Below, one piece after another: positions 1 to 12,470 of a stretch of DNA of 34,849 bases. Numbering within the stretch: the first letter of the stretch is position 1; each line of letters starts with the position of its first letter. Both the position numbers and the translations under genes were made by a program. The stretch is from the NCBI GenBank assembly GCA_002633005.1, contig NMRA01000916.1, positions 38,294 to 73,142 of the forward strand, given 5' to 3'. Origin of the DNA: Phoronis australis. Its lineage: Eukaryota; Animalia; Phoronida. The notes under the pieces were generated by a model, which had not been told where the DNA came from, searched no databases, and saw nothing but the letters and a program-made list of their open reading frames with translations.

Positions 1-129
1 TGCGTACATGTTATAACAAATTATCGGAGCTTGTTTCATTTTGTTTCAAGTTTTTAGTATTTTTACACCAGCAAACCGAATTTTAGAACAACCTTGGTGC
101 TGCGAAGCTGTTATGATGTCCCGAAAGAC

Positions 130-460
130 GTCTCAAATTTTTATGAAATGGCGCGTGCGCCGTGTCACGAGCGTGCTGTTCTTGAAACGGACAACACACT
201 TCTTTGTTAAAAAGGCGGCAAATTATGCTACCAAAGGACGTTTATTTGATTGTTTTCCACTTAAACGGCTGCAACGAACAATGGAAGTGTCGGGTGACTA
301 TATCAGATTTTGCATGCGCCCCCGCCGGTCCGTTAGCTTTATATGTTGATGTAGCCTAAGTTACGACGAGGTGACGAGCATAACTGAGTCAACTATACCC
401 GGGTAGTCAACGGCTGTCTGAAATTTCGGGGTTAACGGAGCTCAACACACAGTGGTACGA
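130..460 (+). repeat. Dispersed repeat, copy A (probable non-autonomous transposon fragment)
   Basis: Collinear similarity to 6552-6850, sharing blocks such as GTGTCACGAGCGT, TTCTTTGTTA(G)AAAAGGCGG, ATTGTTTTCCACTTAAAC, CAGATTTTGCATGC and AACACA(CA)GTGGTAC. No credible protein. Confidence 0.7.
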
Positions 461-929
461 TAGTCTTCATACAGGTACAGTCGGTAACTTACCAACCCTT
501 CAAGTTTACAGAGCTGCCGGAGTATTGGCTGACAGCTGGCTGACTGGATGGCTAGAGTCCACATTGCCCTCGGCACAGTCACTGACACCAGTTACACCGG
601 CAAATTTTCGTCTGACGATGACGATGACTAGGTATCATTTTGTGTTGCCTCGGCTCAAACAGGTATCCCTTGTGACCCGAAATTTCACACTAAAATTTCT
701 TATTCCGACAATACAAAAAACGCTACTTGATTGCACGCTAACACAGGACAGTGACTTTGCCCCCGCCAAATACGTCACGAGACTAAGCAGCGCTCCAAGC
801 CGGTAATTTGTTGAGCTTCGTTAGAGAACATATTATAGTTTAATTTTTGGTGTTGAATTATTTGTGAAACTAATCAACAATTCATAGAAAACTATCCAGA
901 ATTTATTCAGGATAAAATACAGTTCCCTT

Positions 930-3261
930 TTAAGCTGATGGTGAGTTGCCTAACGAATCAAGACAGTTGTTTTCCCTTTTTTAATGAACTAGCCTATTCA
1001 AATCCATGATAATAGCATGCACGGTGTGTAGACCCTGAGGTACCAAATATTGCGTCAGGGCCATTTTGCGTTATGGTTCCTTATTGTGTATCGTTCCATC
1101 ATGTATGCATATTGCTGGGGGGAGCAAACGAACTTGTTGATAACGCGGAAGGGATTCATTTAAGAATGGTGGTTTATCGTGACGTCAACATCCGGTCTCC
1201 GGAGGGCCAACAGATCACAGTTCGACTGACTGATCTCGTCGAAAACATAAACTTTTTTACTTTGCAAGTTTTATTTTGTTCTAACATGATAACTACATTC
1301 ATATAGAACAATACAGTATACAGAATAACATTAAATTACTAGTTAACAATTACTGTGTTTTCATCAGGATGTAACTTTATAAAGTTTACGAACATTTTGA
1401 AATTGAGATTTTTTTTGGCGAAATGTGTAATTTTTTGCTAGTAAGATCAACAGATTAATGTTACAATTTTCCGACTTAGTGTTTCCGAAAACACCAAAAC
1501 ACTTTTATTTTGTCCACATAAAAATGTTTGTTTTAACCATTCAGCATTTGAAACAGGAGCCAGAAACCGGAGACAAGACGACATTCCCAAAACAGATGGA
1601 GAAAAGTTTCACTGTGTTCACCACAGAAAGAGCATAAATCATTTGTTTTTATTTTAATTTTGTGCAAATCATTATTAATTGCAATATTCTGAGAATTAAG
1701 CGGTATTGAAACCAACGCAATTTTGTATCTTTTATACAATTGAAGGAGAGTTCATTGACTTTTCTACACCATGTATCAGGGTCGCTAAAATTTACATTAT
1801 TTATAACAACGTTTATATCTATCTCAGATAACCACTTGTTTTCATACTTACAAGCTGTTTGAAGTGTCTGTACTAAGGTGTCATAAATATTTACAGCTAG
1901 TGATTTATTATTCAAAATTTTATAAATATAACTTGGAAAATTTGGTAAAAAGATATTGTCTTGTCCACGCTGCAAACGTTACACTTCTTAATCCATAGAA
2001 TTTTAGTATTGGAGGTTGAAGGTTATACCTCATACAGAGTTCTTCCTATGACATAAAAGAACATTCAGCATTAAATAAATCACACACACGATAGACTCCC
2101 CTTTCATACCAGGTCTTGTAGAAAATAGATTTTGTACCGACTTTAATCTTTGAATTACACCACTGGGGAGAGTAAATAATATTTTCATTTTTGTCACACA
2201 TTTGACACAGGAGCACAAGATCGCTTAAAATTCCCTTCCTGAACAGATTGTCGGTTCCTTCAGCTATTTTTTAAAAAAGAGTCTCCCCATTTTAAAAAAG
2301 TTATCAACTAAAACCCAAAACTGCCTCTGCAAGGTCACGCATGGTATTTGGGGTGAATAGTTTACGAAACCGCGATATTTTCAAAGACTTAATAAAAAAA
2401 CGCACATGAACCATTTTTCAACCACCATTATCCTGATTTTGTACAATTTCATTTCGGCTAACTTTGTCTTTCCCATTCCAAATGAAGCCAAAAGCTCGCT
2501 CTAATTATTGAATCATGTCAATGGAGGGGCTAGGGAGGAATTGAAGCAAATGAACAATCTTGGGCAATAAAAGTGTCTTAACCACGGTTATTTTACCGAA
2601 AATAGTAAGAATTCTTCTTGACCAAGAGCCCACTCACACAATTTTTTTAATCTCCAAAAGCCTTCCACTATAGCTAATATCTGGCATTGTATTATAATCG
2701 GTGGAGAAGTTAATTCCAAAAACATGAAAGGTTTGTTAGTCCTCAACAGGTTTTCATTGACACAAAGTTTTTAGTCAGAGTCGTTTTTGAACCAATCCAA
2801 TTACATCTTGTTTTCTCGATACTTGGCTTCAAGACAGAAAATTTCGCAAATTGGTCACTTAAATTCAAAGATGATCTAAGAGATCATTCAGACAAGTGTC
2901 GTCGGCGTATTGGATCAGTTTAAACTCAGAAACACCTATCCTGACCCCAGGAAATATAAACTTGTTCAACAAAAGCCCTTGCTACCACTGTGTCCCTTTT
3001 CACCTGACAAAAAGCATAACTTGTAGAAAACACACTTAATTGAATTTTTCATGGATGAAAAAATTAACGAAGTCATCCATTGGAAAAAAATTGGATGCCA
3101 AAAAATGACCACAAAATGCAAATTTGACGTTTTTCTTTCCAAAATCGCAAATATCGAGAGTGCACTGGTTCCAGAGTGGAGACAAGATTTCAAACGCTCT
3201 TGACCTCTAGATTCCAAAAATTATTTCCAACCAGAGTTTTTCCTGAATTTTACTTGAAGAG
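930..3261 (+). repeat. 2.3-kb duplicated segment, copy 1 (LINE fragment plus both flanks)
   Basis: Direct repeat of 32408-34755. Both copies begin TTAAGCTGATGG and similarity ends at TTTTACTTGAAGAG. Confidence 0.95.
1255..2950 (-). mobile_element. 5'-truncated, decayed L1/Tx1-type non-LTR retrotransposon (C-terminal RT and zf-RVT region of ORF2, plus 3' UTR)
   Basis: Minus-strand motifs: GVRIGVSEFKLIQYADDT (YADD at 2898-2909), GSWSRRILTIFGKITVVKTLLLPKIVHL, FIWNGK, KLRWFQYRLI, DLCSFCGEHSETFLHLFWEC and NINLLILL. AATAAA (1270-1275) and a short A tail follow. TSD AAAACATAAACTT at 1242-1254, with GAAATATAAACTT at 2951-2963. Many frameshifts. Confidence 0.92.
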
Positions 3262-4694
3262 CAAAGTTTCGGCCTGAGCAACGCAGTCGTTTTAAAATGC
3301 TGGGACTTCAAGATCGGGTATAACAGAGCAGATGTCAGATGAGTAAACTGTTTTTATTCAAAACAACTTCGAAGAACTACTGAATACCATTCCCAGCAAT
3401 CATTCCCCATTTAGACCACATAATTGCCTTCAAATGTGACGCACCCTATTTTTCTATTTTTGGGGAGCTAAAGAGGCCCAAACTCTGTCTTTAAACCGTA
3501 ATAGATATTATATAACTATGTTATGTGCACAAAAACAATGCTTGAGCGTTTGTAGTGACATGACAGTATTTTTATGAACGGTGCGTTTTTTACGGAAATC
3601 GCAATAACTTCCACACAAATTTTTGCATGAAACTTGTAAATTCGTTAATTTTATTTCGCCCTAAATCTGAGCTGTCCTGAACATTCACTGCGTAAACCAT
3701 TACTGGCGTATAATTTTTTTGTGCGCCATACGGGGGAGGAAAAATTATGATCGTACTTATCGTACAAAAGCCTGCGCAAAAGTAGTTCACTTCGCATATA
3801 TTGTTTGCTGGATCAACGTGTACAGCGCGCCTGCGGTTTGGTTAATTTGTTTTAGCGAGAGAGTGTAGTCGAGACCGACACTGGGAGCCGAGTTTAGTTT
3901 ACGGTTTCAAACGCAATTTGGTCAACTGCCAAATGTTAAAGTTTTTGAAAGTTTTAACTTAAAAGTGTTCAGGCTGGACGAAGAAGAGAAAGCAGACGTA
4001 TTTCATTTTGGGGTGTTCCTTTTTGAAGACCTTTTTTGTCAATTTGGCATGTTTCACTTACCAAAAGGCTAGGAAATCCTTCAATGGAATTAAGGAAAAT
4101 AGCATTTTAATTTTCCTCAAACCTGTTGACTCACTGAGCAACGTCATATGTAGGTAATGACAACCAATCCGAGTAAAGCCGTCTTTTCTGGCTTGTCACC
4201 CACCTCATCATCTTTAATTCTCAGTTTAGATGATTATTCGCTTTGACCAAGACCGACGCCCTCAACAGATTTTCTGTCAGACTCGTTACATAGCAATTTG
4301 CCTTTAAAGTAACAAAACCAACTTTGGCCAGTCAGACACATTGTAAAGCCATGGACCGAATGAAGTTCACTGATTACTTCAACGGAAAGATTCAATCACT
4401 TTATTAAGCTGAATCACGTTCATAGTAGGGCTACCGAGTGTCGCAACAAATAAAAAACGTCAAATGTATCAGAAAACAAAACACCTGAAAACGTTTTCAC
4501 GGAACAAAAACATACTGTACATGTACTCCGTGGTGAAAAGATACACAAGACCAATTCGCCGAGAGACCACGCAGCAGTAGGCTACACTGAGAGACAAATC
4601 TACACAAATAATCTAGGCTGGGCAGTCACGAAACCAAAAGTACACGCATGTTTGTTATCCCTACAAAAATAGTCGATCTGTGGGGAACCAAAAA

Positions 4695-4956
4695 TTACTG
4701 ACTGATGTTAATAGCGTTACTACCTAAAGTGCTTGGGTGCTTCAGAAGGAACTCCGCACGACGGGTACACCTTGTACCAGTCCGCGCATGTGGGCCCATT
4801 GCACTGATCACCTGGAACCATTATTTTTGTGCTTTATTAAGATATAGTTAAAACCGAGCTAAGGAGCTAGAAACCTGACCCAAGGGTTTATCAGTGTGGC
4901 CCAGTGGGACTCGAACCCACGAAAGTGGACACCTATCATTCTAGGCCACGCAGCCT
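4695..4956 (-). mobile_element. tRNA-derived SINE-like element
   Basis: Minus-strand Pol III A box TGGCCTAGAATG (4937-4948) and B box GGTTCGAGTCC (4907-4917). The spacer is too short for a cloverleaf. Followed by a CCTTGGG core-like segment and a LINE-like tail (AAGCACTTT...ACGCTATTAA). The 3' boundary is approximate. Confidence 0.6.
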
Positions 4957-6551
4957 ACTCTTAGTATTTCTTAAAAGTTGACCTTTCAACATGACATATT
5001 TTTCAAAACAAAAAGAACATAATATACAAATGTTCTTATTTCTATACTGCAATTGGATTACTTTCCAGACCCCTGGAAACGCTGCAAGAAACACTCTGAC
5101 GCAATTGTTATATATGTAAACATTTCTTGTCTTCCTTTTTATGATTAGATTTACAATCAGCAACTTGTATGTTGTGAGTACCTTAAGAAGAGCCACACTG
5201 TATGTTTCGTCTATCAGCCAAGAATTTCTTATTCTGGTGCCCGCAGTAAATGTACAGCTCTGCATCTATACCAGAAAAGGGTTCCTGACTAGTTTTTATT
5301 GGCTGATGCTGTTATTTACAACGGCCTCTAATGCTCAATACATGTACACGTAACAGTTTTATCCAGATATACTTTGCTTTTTAAAGAAAATATACAACTC
5401 AAAACGTGGGAACTTTTTAAATAATGAATTCCTTAATTGGTCATAGAAGAAATATAAGCGAATTCTCAGGTGAAAATATTCAAGAAATGTACTCCTACAG
5501 CTCATGGACCGCTGACTAACTGAGGACCCGTTCGCGTACGCTGGAGAGTCCATTATATTTTGCACAATAAAATCTCAGAGTAGAAGTATGAACGTAACCC
5601 TCACGTACGGGACCCTTCCTCATCTCTCGTAACAAAGAGAGCAATGACCGCTGTGGTAAATAAGCAATCACAAAAGTGTAGACTTCCAACCATTAGTTTT
5701 TGTCTGAGAACAAAAGTGCGATACACTAACTGAAGTTTTCAAACTACTGAGCAATTATCAATCCACAGCAGTTGACACGGTCTACTTATTTTATGCCTGT
5801 TTTGCACTTCCTACACCATTTTAAGCCCCGTTACATTCAGCACTTTTACACCGTAAGCCTACGTAAATACATGCACACCATGCGCAAATCTGCAACCGGG
5901 TGTAAATGTAAATTCACATTGCATTTGTATGGGGAATATAAATCGGTAAATAAAACAACAAGAATGGATCAACTGAAATTTGAAATTTTCGGAGGTAACA
6001 ACTTCCATTATCAACAAAAACAGAAATACGTTATTTGTATGGGGGAAATGAAAAGCAACATTTGCGCTCAGTACTCTATACATTAAGCTCCTTAGTCGTA
6101 ATTAAGATTTTTCTAGAAAAATTGCTTTGAACCTGGGTAGCTCTGAGGCTCGGGTGTCGATCCCCACCGGATTGCTATGGAACTATCTCGCAAACGGCAA
6201 ATGTGGATATATTAAGAGCAGTCGGCGGAGTGGAGGCAAAATGCATTTAATAATGGAAATTTCAAACACGAAGGGTGGTTTGAAAAATGCCAAATGACAG
6301 ATCCCGTTCAAAAGTTCTGTGAGCCTACTCATTTTGCCAAGTAGGCCCTATTCCTCCAATGTATAACAAACCAATAAGACAATCAGCCGTCAGGTTGGAG
6401 GCAAGTCGTAATGGATTTGCTAACCGCGCTGTTGGTTACCTGGCGGTGCTACGAAAGCACGTGGTTTCGTGAATGACTACTGACACTGATTAGCACTACC
6501 CGTGATGGATTGGCCAGGTTGCGTTCATAATACATTCGCTTTTGGAAATTT

Positions 6552-6850
6552 GTCTCAAAAATTAAGGAAACGGCGCGTGTCACGAGCGTACTGTTTTCAA
6601 AACGACATAACTTTTCTTTGTTAGAAAAGGCGGAGGATTACGCAAGAAAATGACGTTTATTATATTGTTTTCCACTTAAACAGCTGTATCGGGCAAGGTG
6701 AGTGTCGTTTGATTCCCAGATTTTGCATGCACCCAGTCCGGTCTTTAGTTCAACATGTTGATACAGGTTTGACGGCGAGTTGACGAGCAGAACTACCCGG
6801 CTGGCTGTGTGGAGTTTCGGGGTCTATGGATGAAAAACACAGTGGTACCT
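6552..6850 (+). repeat. Dispersed repeat, copy B (paralog of 130-460)
   Basis: Same ordered sequence blocks as 130-460, with indels. Confidence 0.7.
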
Positions 6851-6894
6851 AGCCAGCCAGCTAGCTGTATGAAGACTCGTCAAAATACAGCTAG

Positions 6895-6974
6895 AGTAGC
6901 AACAGCAGTATCAGCAGCAGCACTACCTCCACCACCACCACCACCACAACCATCAACAGCAGCAGTAGCAGCAT
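6895..6974 (+). repeat. Imperfect (CAG)n/(CAC)n trinucleotide microsatellite
   Basis: Direct reading: AGTAGCAACAGCAGTATCAGCAGCAGC...CACCACCACCACCAC...CAGCAGCAGTAGCAGC. Confidence 0.9.
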
Positions 6975-7766
6975 TTCAGTAAAAGACCTCAAAAACATAC
7001 GACAAATATATACATGTAGATCTTTTGGATGTTTAAAGGAAAGTGATGATGCTTTAAGATGAAATGAGATCACACTAATTTTGTCATGGCACTTTTGGTG
7101 GAGTGGTCTTGCTTTTACGGCCGTGTGTAAAATTAAATCGCTTTCACATATGCGCAAGGCTTATTGTTGTACGTGTGTAAATTACATTTACACGACCTCC
7201 GGAAGTGTAATTATACAACCGAGACTGAGTGTACCTGTACACCAGAGTGTATTTGCTTTCACATGGCAAAAATATGCAGCATGCGTAAATATGAACTCGA
7301 ATGTAAACTTCTTTATGTTTTATTTGTCACGGAACAATATTCTATAATCATCACGGGCCTTTGAGTTTATCTGATTCTCGTATCTATCACTGACACCAAG
7401 TTAACAATCATTCAGTCACTCAACATAATTTTATGTTTCTCACATGGTTATGAGTCATTGGGAAATTCGCCTGCTTGAGACATGTATCTTAAAACATGAA
7501 ACTAAAAAATCCCTAGCATTTTGATGCTGTGTATATAAACATGACCTCGCGTGACCAGCTGTTCTGTTGACCACATATACATGTACAATGCCACGGTGTG
7601 GTAGTTGTTTTGGCTGAAAGCTAGACTACGCGTCACGTTCTGTCATCACCCGTGGGTCAAAATCACAGGTACATCTGCTCGCACGGTCAATAAAAACAGT
7701 TCCCTTGCTGTGACATGTCTGCATATCTTTGTTTGGGACTCTTGAAATAGAACATTCCTTGGTGTT

Positions 7767-8333
7767 TTGAGAAGTGGGGTGGGCGGGTTGGTGAGCAGAT
7801 TTAGCACAAAAGTATTCAATATAAAAACAAAAGTTATTGATAATTTTTTAATTAGATTTGACATCACATACGGAACAGATATGTTCATAAAAGTCAGCCG
7901 GCCAAGTCTTCGCAATAAAAGTTTGGTGACAAAGTCATGTTCGAAGAGAACAGCATATGTCGCGATTTTCTAAATCTGTCACTAGTTACTGTTGAGGTTG
8001 GGATATTTTTATGTATGTCACAAAAGCCATTAAGTAAGCAGCGCCCTCNTTGAGAAGTGGGGTGGGCGGGTTGGTGAGCAGATTTAGCGCACAAAAGTAT
8101 TCAATATAAAAACAAAAGTTATTGATAATTTTTTAATTAGATTTGGCATCACATACGGAACAGATATGTTCATAAAAGTCAGCCGGCCAAGTCTTCGCAA
8201 TAAAAGTTTGGTGACAAAGTCATGTTCGAAGAGAACAGCATATGTCGCGATTTTCTAAATCTGTCACTAGTTACTGTTGAGGTTGGGATATTTTTATGTA
8301 TGTCACAAAAGCCATTAAGTAAGCAGCGCCCTC
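7767..8333. repeat. Near-identical ~283-bp tandem duplication joined by a single N (probable assembly artefact)
   Basis: 7767-8048 and 8050-8333 differ only by a 2-bp indel and one substitution. The only N in the window (8049) lies exactly at the junction. Confidence 0.9.
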
Positions 8334-9078
8334 ATTAGTTAATGTGTGGCAAATCGGTTCACACTAATCAAAAAGCAAGGTCTTACACAAAGAACAACAT
8401 CCTGTATGTCTGCTTCCAGGAAAGCCACATGTGTTTGATATGAATATTAGTATTCAAATTGTTGATTATTTAAACTGGTAAGTTTAACTCCACACGAGTT
8501 CTATCGGAATTCTATATATTCTAGTTTTAGTTCAACATTGCAGTATCAAATGATTAATTAGTCTATATTCAAAATTCACGAGCGAGACGTGAGTCTAACT
8601 TTCTAAGACTCGCTCTCACATTCGACAGTACGATTCACAAAGTTCACATCGATTTGCATTTGTTATTCATTCACTGTTTTCTGAATTCTTTGCACTCACA
8701 AGTTGTTATTTTAGTTTCATGATTATGTGTCTCCAACAATAAAATGTCACTATGCTAAGAATTTGCTGATGACACGTCAAACTTAAGCGATTTGTACTCA
8801 CATTTGGTAGTAAAGAGGTTGAAAAATGTTTGTGCTTTCTCAACACAAAAGGTTAAAATTCAGGTAATAGTTTACACTAAATACCAACATAAAATAGAGA
8901 AAATGCGAAATCCCATGACACTGTAGGCGAAATGATATTTTCTGAGAACACTGAAATATGCAACGATTCCAAATAAATGGCCGTAAACTTGAATTCGAAT
9001 TTGCATGTACGGTCATCGGCAACATGTGTTTAAATCACATTTCAGTAGTTGACGGTATTCCTGTTGTTTTATTCAATT

Positions 9079-11837
9079 ATGTTCATTTCAGGTTCCAACA
9101 CCTGGATCCGTTTGTGTTGTGTACTTACTCTACTGCTACTATGGTCGAAGGTTGCTGTCAGCAAAGGAAGTTCTGCTTGTACAGAGAGATGCAAAGTTTG
9201 CTTTTGCTCACAAGCTGGTCCTAAAACATGTGCCGACTTCGCAAACTTTGGCGACGTGCTACAAAATGTTCCTGTCGACATCAGTGAGCTCCTAATTGGT
9301 GCAGACGAATCAGGCACGTGGTATCCGGGTGGGAATTTTCACAGAAAATCGTTTTACTGCAAAACGAATTTGCTCAGATATGAATCCTTTGTAAAATTTA
9401 CAAGGATACGTTCCCTAAAAATGAATTTGTGTAACGTTCAACGAATTGACACGGATTTTTTTTCAGGGCTCAGTAACATAGAGGATCTTCAATTGATATC
9501 AGAATCCCAACCCTACGTTTTCAAAAACGAAAGCTGCACGAAAACATTTTCATTGATGGAAAAATTAATATCGTTAACAGTTGGCGGAATAACTTTTGAA
9601 TGGTGCGACGTCTCAACGTTAGTTATTAATAAACCACGTCTTGCAGAACTTAGACTCTACTTTCTAGACCTAGATGTCCATAAAACAATTAAACACGACA
9701 GGTTGCGCATACTGGATTTGTCATACTGTGGCTTACTTCCGAGAAAAATTCCAGATCCGTCTTGTTTGCCAAATTTGGAAGAAATTGCGTTAAACTATAC
9801 AACGATATTCAATTTTTCCATTACCAATCCGTTCGCCGTAAAGCATATACGTCTAATCATGGATGTTGGCATACGAACACAAAAAGAGGTGAAAGCCAAG
9901 GAGTTTGACAATTACTCAACTCTGAAATCCATTGAAATATTCTTCAAATATTCCACGCTATTCACCGTAGAGGACGGGTGTTTTGGTGCGCTGGCGCGTA
10001 ATAACGTAACAATACGAAAGTTGGAGTTGATTTTTGCATCAGATTTTACCCCTTCCTATAGGAGACGACTGTCGGTGACGACTTTTCAAAGGCTATTGGC
10101 AAGTTTGTCTGAATGCTATGTGAACACGCTCGTGCTGACATATGGTGTTAATCATTTGAAGTACAACGACAAAGCTATTGCTCTTTCCAAGTCTTTCAAC
10201 ATTTCTTCTCTGCGCCAACTTGACCTCAGTTTCAACTCGTTGATCATTATACCAGATTTCGTGAAGCTGCATTACTTGGAATCGTTAAAACTTCAATTTT
10301 GCGGCATCACCGATATCACTGCAAACGCGTTTCAACATTTGATGCGGCTGCGGTACCTGGATCTTACAGGAAACAAGCTTACTGACATCAGATATGAACC
10401 TTTCAAATTATTCGAGAACCTCCCAGTGACTTTGGAAACGCTTGTCTTGAAAAAGACTTTTAAATTGGGTGATACAGAACACTACTGCACATTTAGAGAA
10501 ATTCCAGTTACAAAAAATGCTATGCTAAGCCCGCCGCCTCTTTTGTACATAAACATTTCCTTTCCTAATTTAAGATATCTTGATTTGTCTGAGACAAATT
10601 TGGTTGGAGAATCATATACCAAAGGCTTATCTTTCCCATCGATGAGGCACCTAGTTCTACAACAAACAAAAATATGCGGTGTCTATGGTATGTTGATATA
10701 TCTAAATCAAACATTGGAATCATTGACGGTCAGTGGAAGCCCATTTATTTTTGAGCTGATATTGGAAACTTTAAATACGATTAATACAACGTGGCCAGCA
10801 CTAAGAAAAATCGACATAAGCGATAACTCAAAATATTTTCAGAGAACCAACAAAACAAGCCCTTTCTTAAACAAATTATTTTTTTTGAAAATGATGCCTG
10901 GGATCGAAACGGTCAACCTCTCATTCAACTCACTTTCTGATATAAACAAACTAGCCTTCAAGCCAGTACCAAACTTAAAGACGTTAGATTTAAGTAACAA
11001 CCAATTGGTGTATATGGATCCTCATATATTTCAAAATTTGCGGGCTTTCAAATTCTTAAATATTTCTCAAAATAAATTTAAATGTGATTGCGACTTAAGG
11101 CCGTTTCGAGATATGCTTAACCGTTCTAGGTTTCACTTTGAGCAGACTCCATGTTACTATCCTACATCATTGAAAAATCAATTAATATCTAACTACAGTC
11201 TTCCCTTCATTGCCTGTGACCACCATCTTGAAATGGTAATAGCACTGGCTGTTGTCGGGTTGGTTTTGGCTTCAGTACCCATTCCTGCTCTCATCGCTTA
11301 TTATAGGCTCAACATTAAGTACTGGTGGTATTTCGGCCGTCGTCGCGCCGGATACCGCCCAATAGATGGCGATGTTCACCGGTATGACGCCTTCGTCTGT
11401 TACAGCAAAAACGAACTGGGTTGGGTGGTCAGGGAATTAGTAGAAGTACTTGAAAATGGTCCAAATGAGCGTTTTCAGTTGTGCATACATGATCGAGACT
11501 TTGATCTAGGTGGCGATATAATTGAAAACATTACCAGGAGCATTAACTGCAGTCGAAGGGTAATCTTCGTTCTTTCTAGAGAATTTATTCGCAGCTACTG
11601 GGGACCTTTGAACTAAATCTGGCCTTGATGGAAGCCATCGAAAAGAGACGCAAGTTTGTTATTCTAATTTTCTACGAGAACATTCCGAAGAAAGAAATCC
11701 CGCGTCACCTCCAGTGTTTCATGCGTCACGTGACGTATGCGTCATGGCCCCAACACATAGGTCGTGCAAGAGAAATGTTCTGGATGAAACTGAAACTGGC
11801 TTTAAGGAACAGAGGAGTATCCGAGGAAAACCTTTAG
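9079..11837 (+). CDS. Toll-like receptor, single-cysteine-cluster type (~919 aa if the 1-nt frameshift at 11600-11603 is repaired)
   Basis: Hydrophobic signal peptide (LCCVLTLLLLWSKVAVS) and N-terminal Cys cluster. LRRs such as LRQLDLSFNSL, LRYLDLTGNKL and LKTLDLSNNQL. LRRCT NKFKCDCDL...C..P..L...C. TM MVIALAVVGLVLASVPIPALIAYY. TIR box1 YDAFVCYS, box2 LCIHDRDF, SRRVIFVLS, and box3 FWMKLKLAL in the downstream frame. First in-frame ATG is at 9079; an upstream exon is possible. Confidence 0.95.
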
Positions 11838-12470
11838 TTAACTGAAGGGATTGATTTAGATTTTGCGAATGTGACGAGACGTATAGTAACTGTACGCTTA
11901 TTGCTATGCTTATTTAGTTGTTATTGTTAATTTATCCTTATGCTAATTAATGTCTTTGTTGCGTCTCAGTGCGCCTTTGTTACATGGGCGAATGCCGTGT
12001 GTCGGACACTTCGCTAGCGACAGGCTTCAGAGAAGGGTTAATTTGTTTCCTTCCTTTGCCTGTATGGATTTGAGCGTTATCATGTGTAACTGAACTGTGA
12101 TGTATGCGTGACGAGGTGCAATACACATTTTTGTTCACTGGAGACTTGCTCTGTTACATTTGGTGCCCAAAGTGCGTCGAACCTACCAGAACTTTTCGCT
12201 GACTACGTCTATCAAACTATGGCCGTGCTACGGCCTTGCGTGGTAAATTAAACTGCTAGCGCCAACCATAGCGCACTACAAACGACCGCGCGTGGTTTAA
12301 AATTGACACGCAGCCTCATTTTCACGAAAGACATCGCTCTAGTCGATTGGCGACTAGTCTTTCACATATGGCACATCACATTAACAAAAAACCGCGAAAA
12401 ACGGGTGATGAGGCTGGATCTCGCGAGATCATCTTATCGGTTCGTATCCGCGCTTGTCTCCTGCACAGAC

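Noticed and set aside
1073-1306. 77-aa ORF conserved in two copies (also 32551-32784)
   Set aside because: Explained by the DNA duplication. It crosses the LINE TSD and tail junction and has no recognisable domain.
6891-7157. ORF with a poly-Leu/Val, TM-like tail
   Set aside because: Translation of the CAG/CAC microsatellite.
8440-8484. Short ATG-initiated exon with a GTAAGT donor as the TLR first coding exon
   Set aside because: Its phase does not match the acceptor at 9092. It could at most be a non-coding exon.
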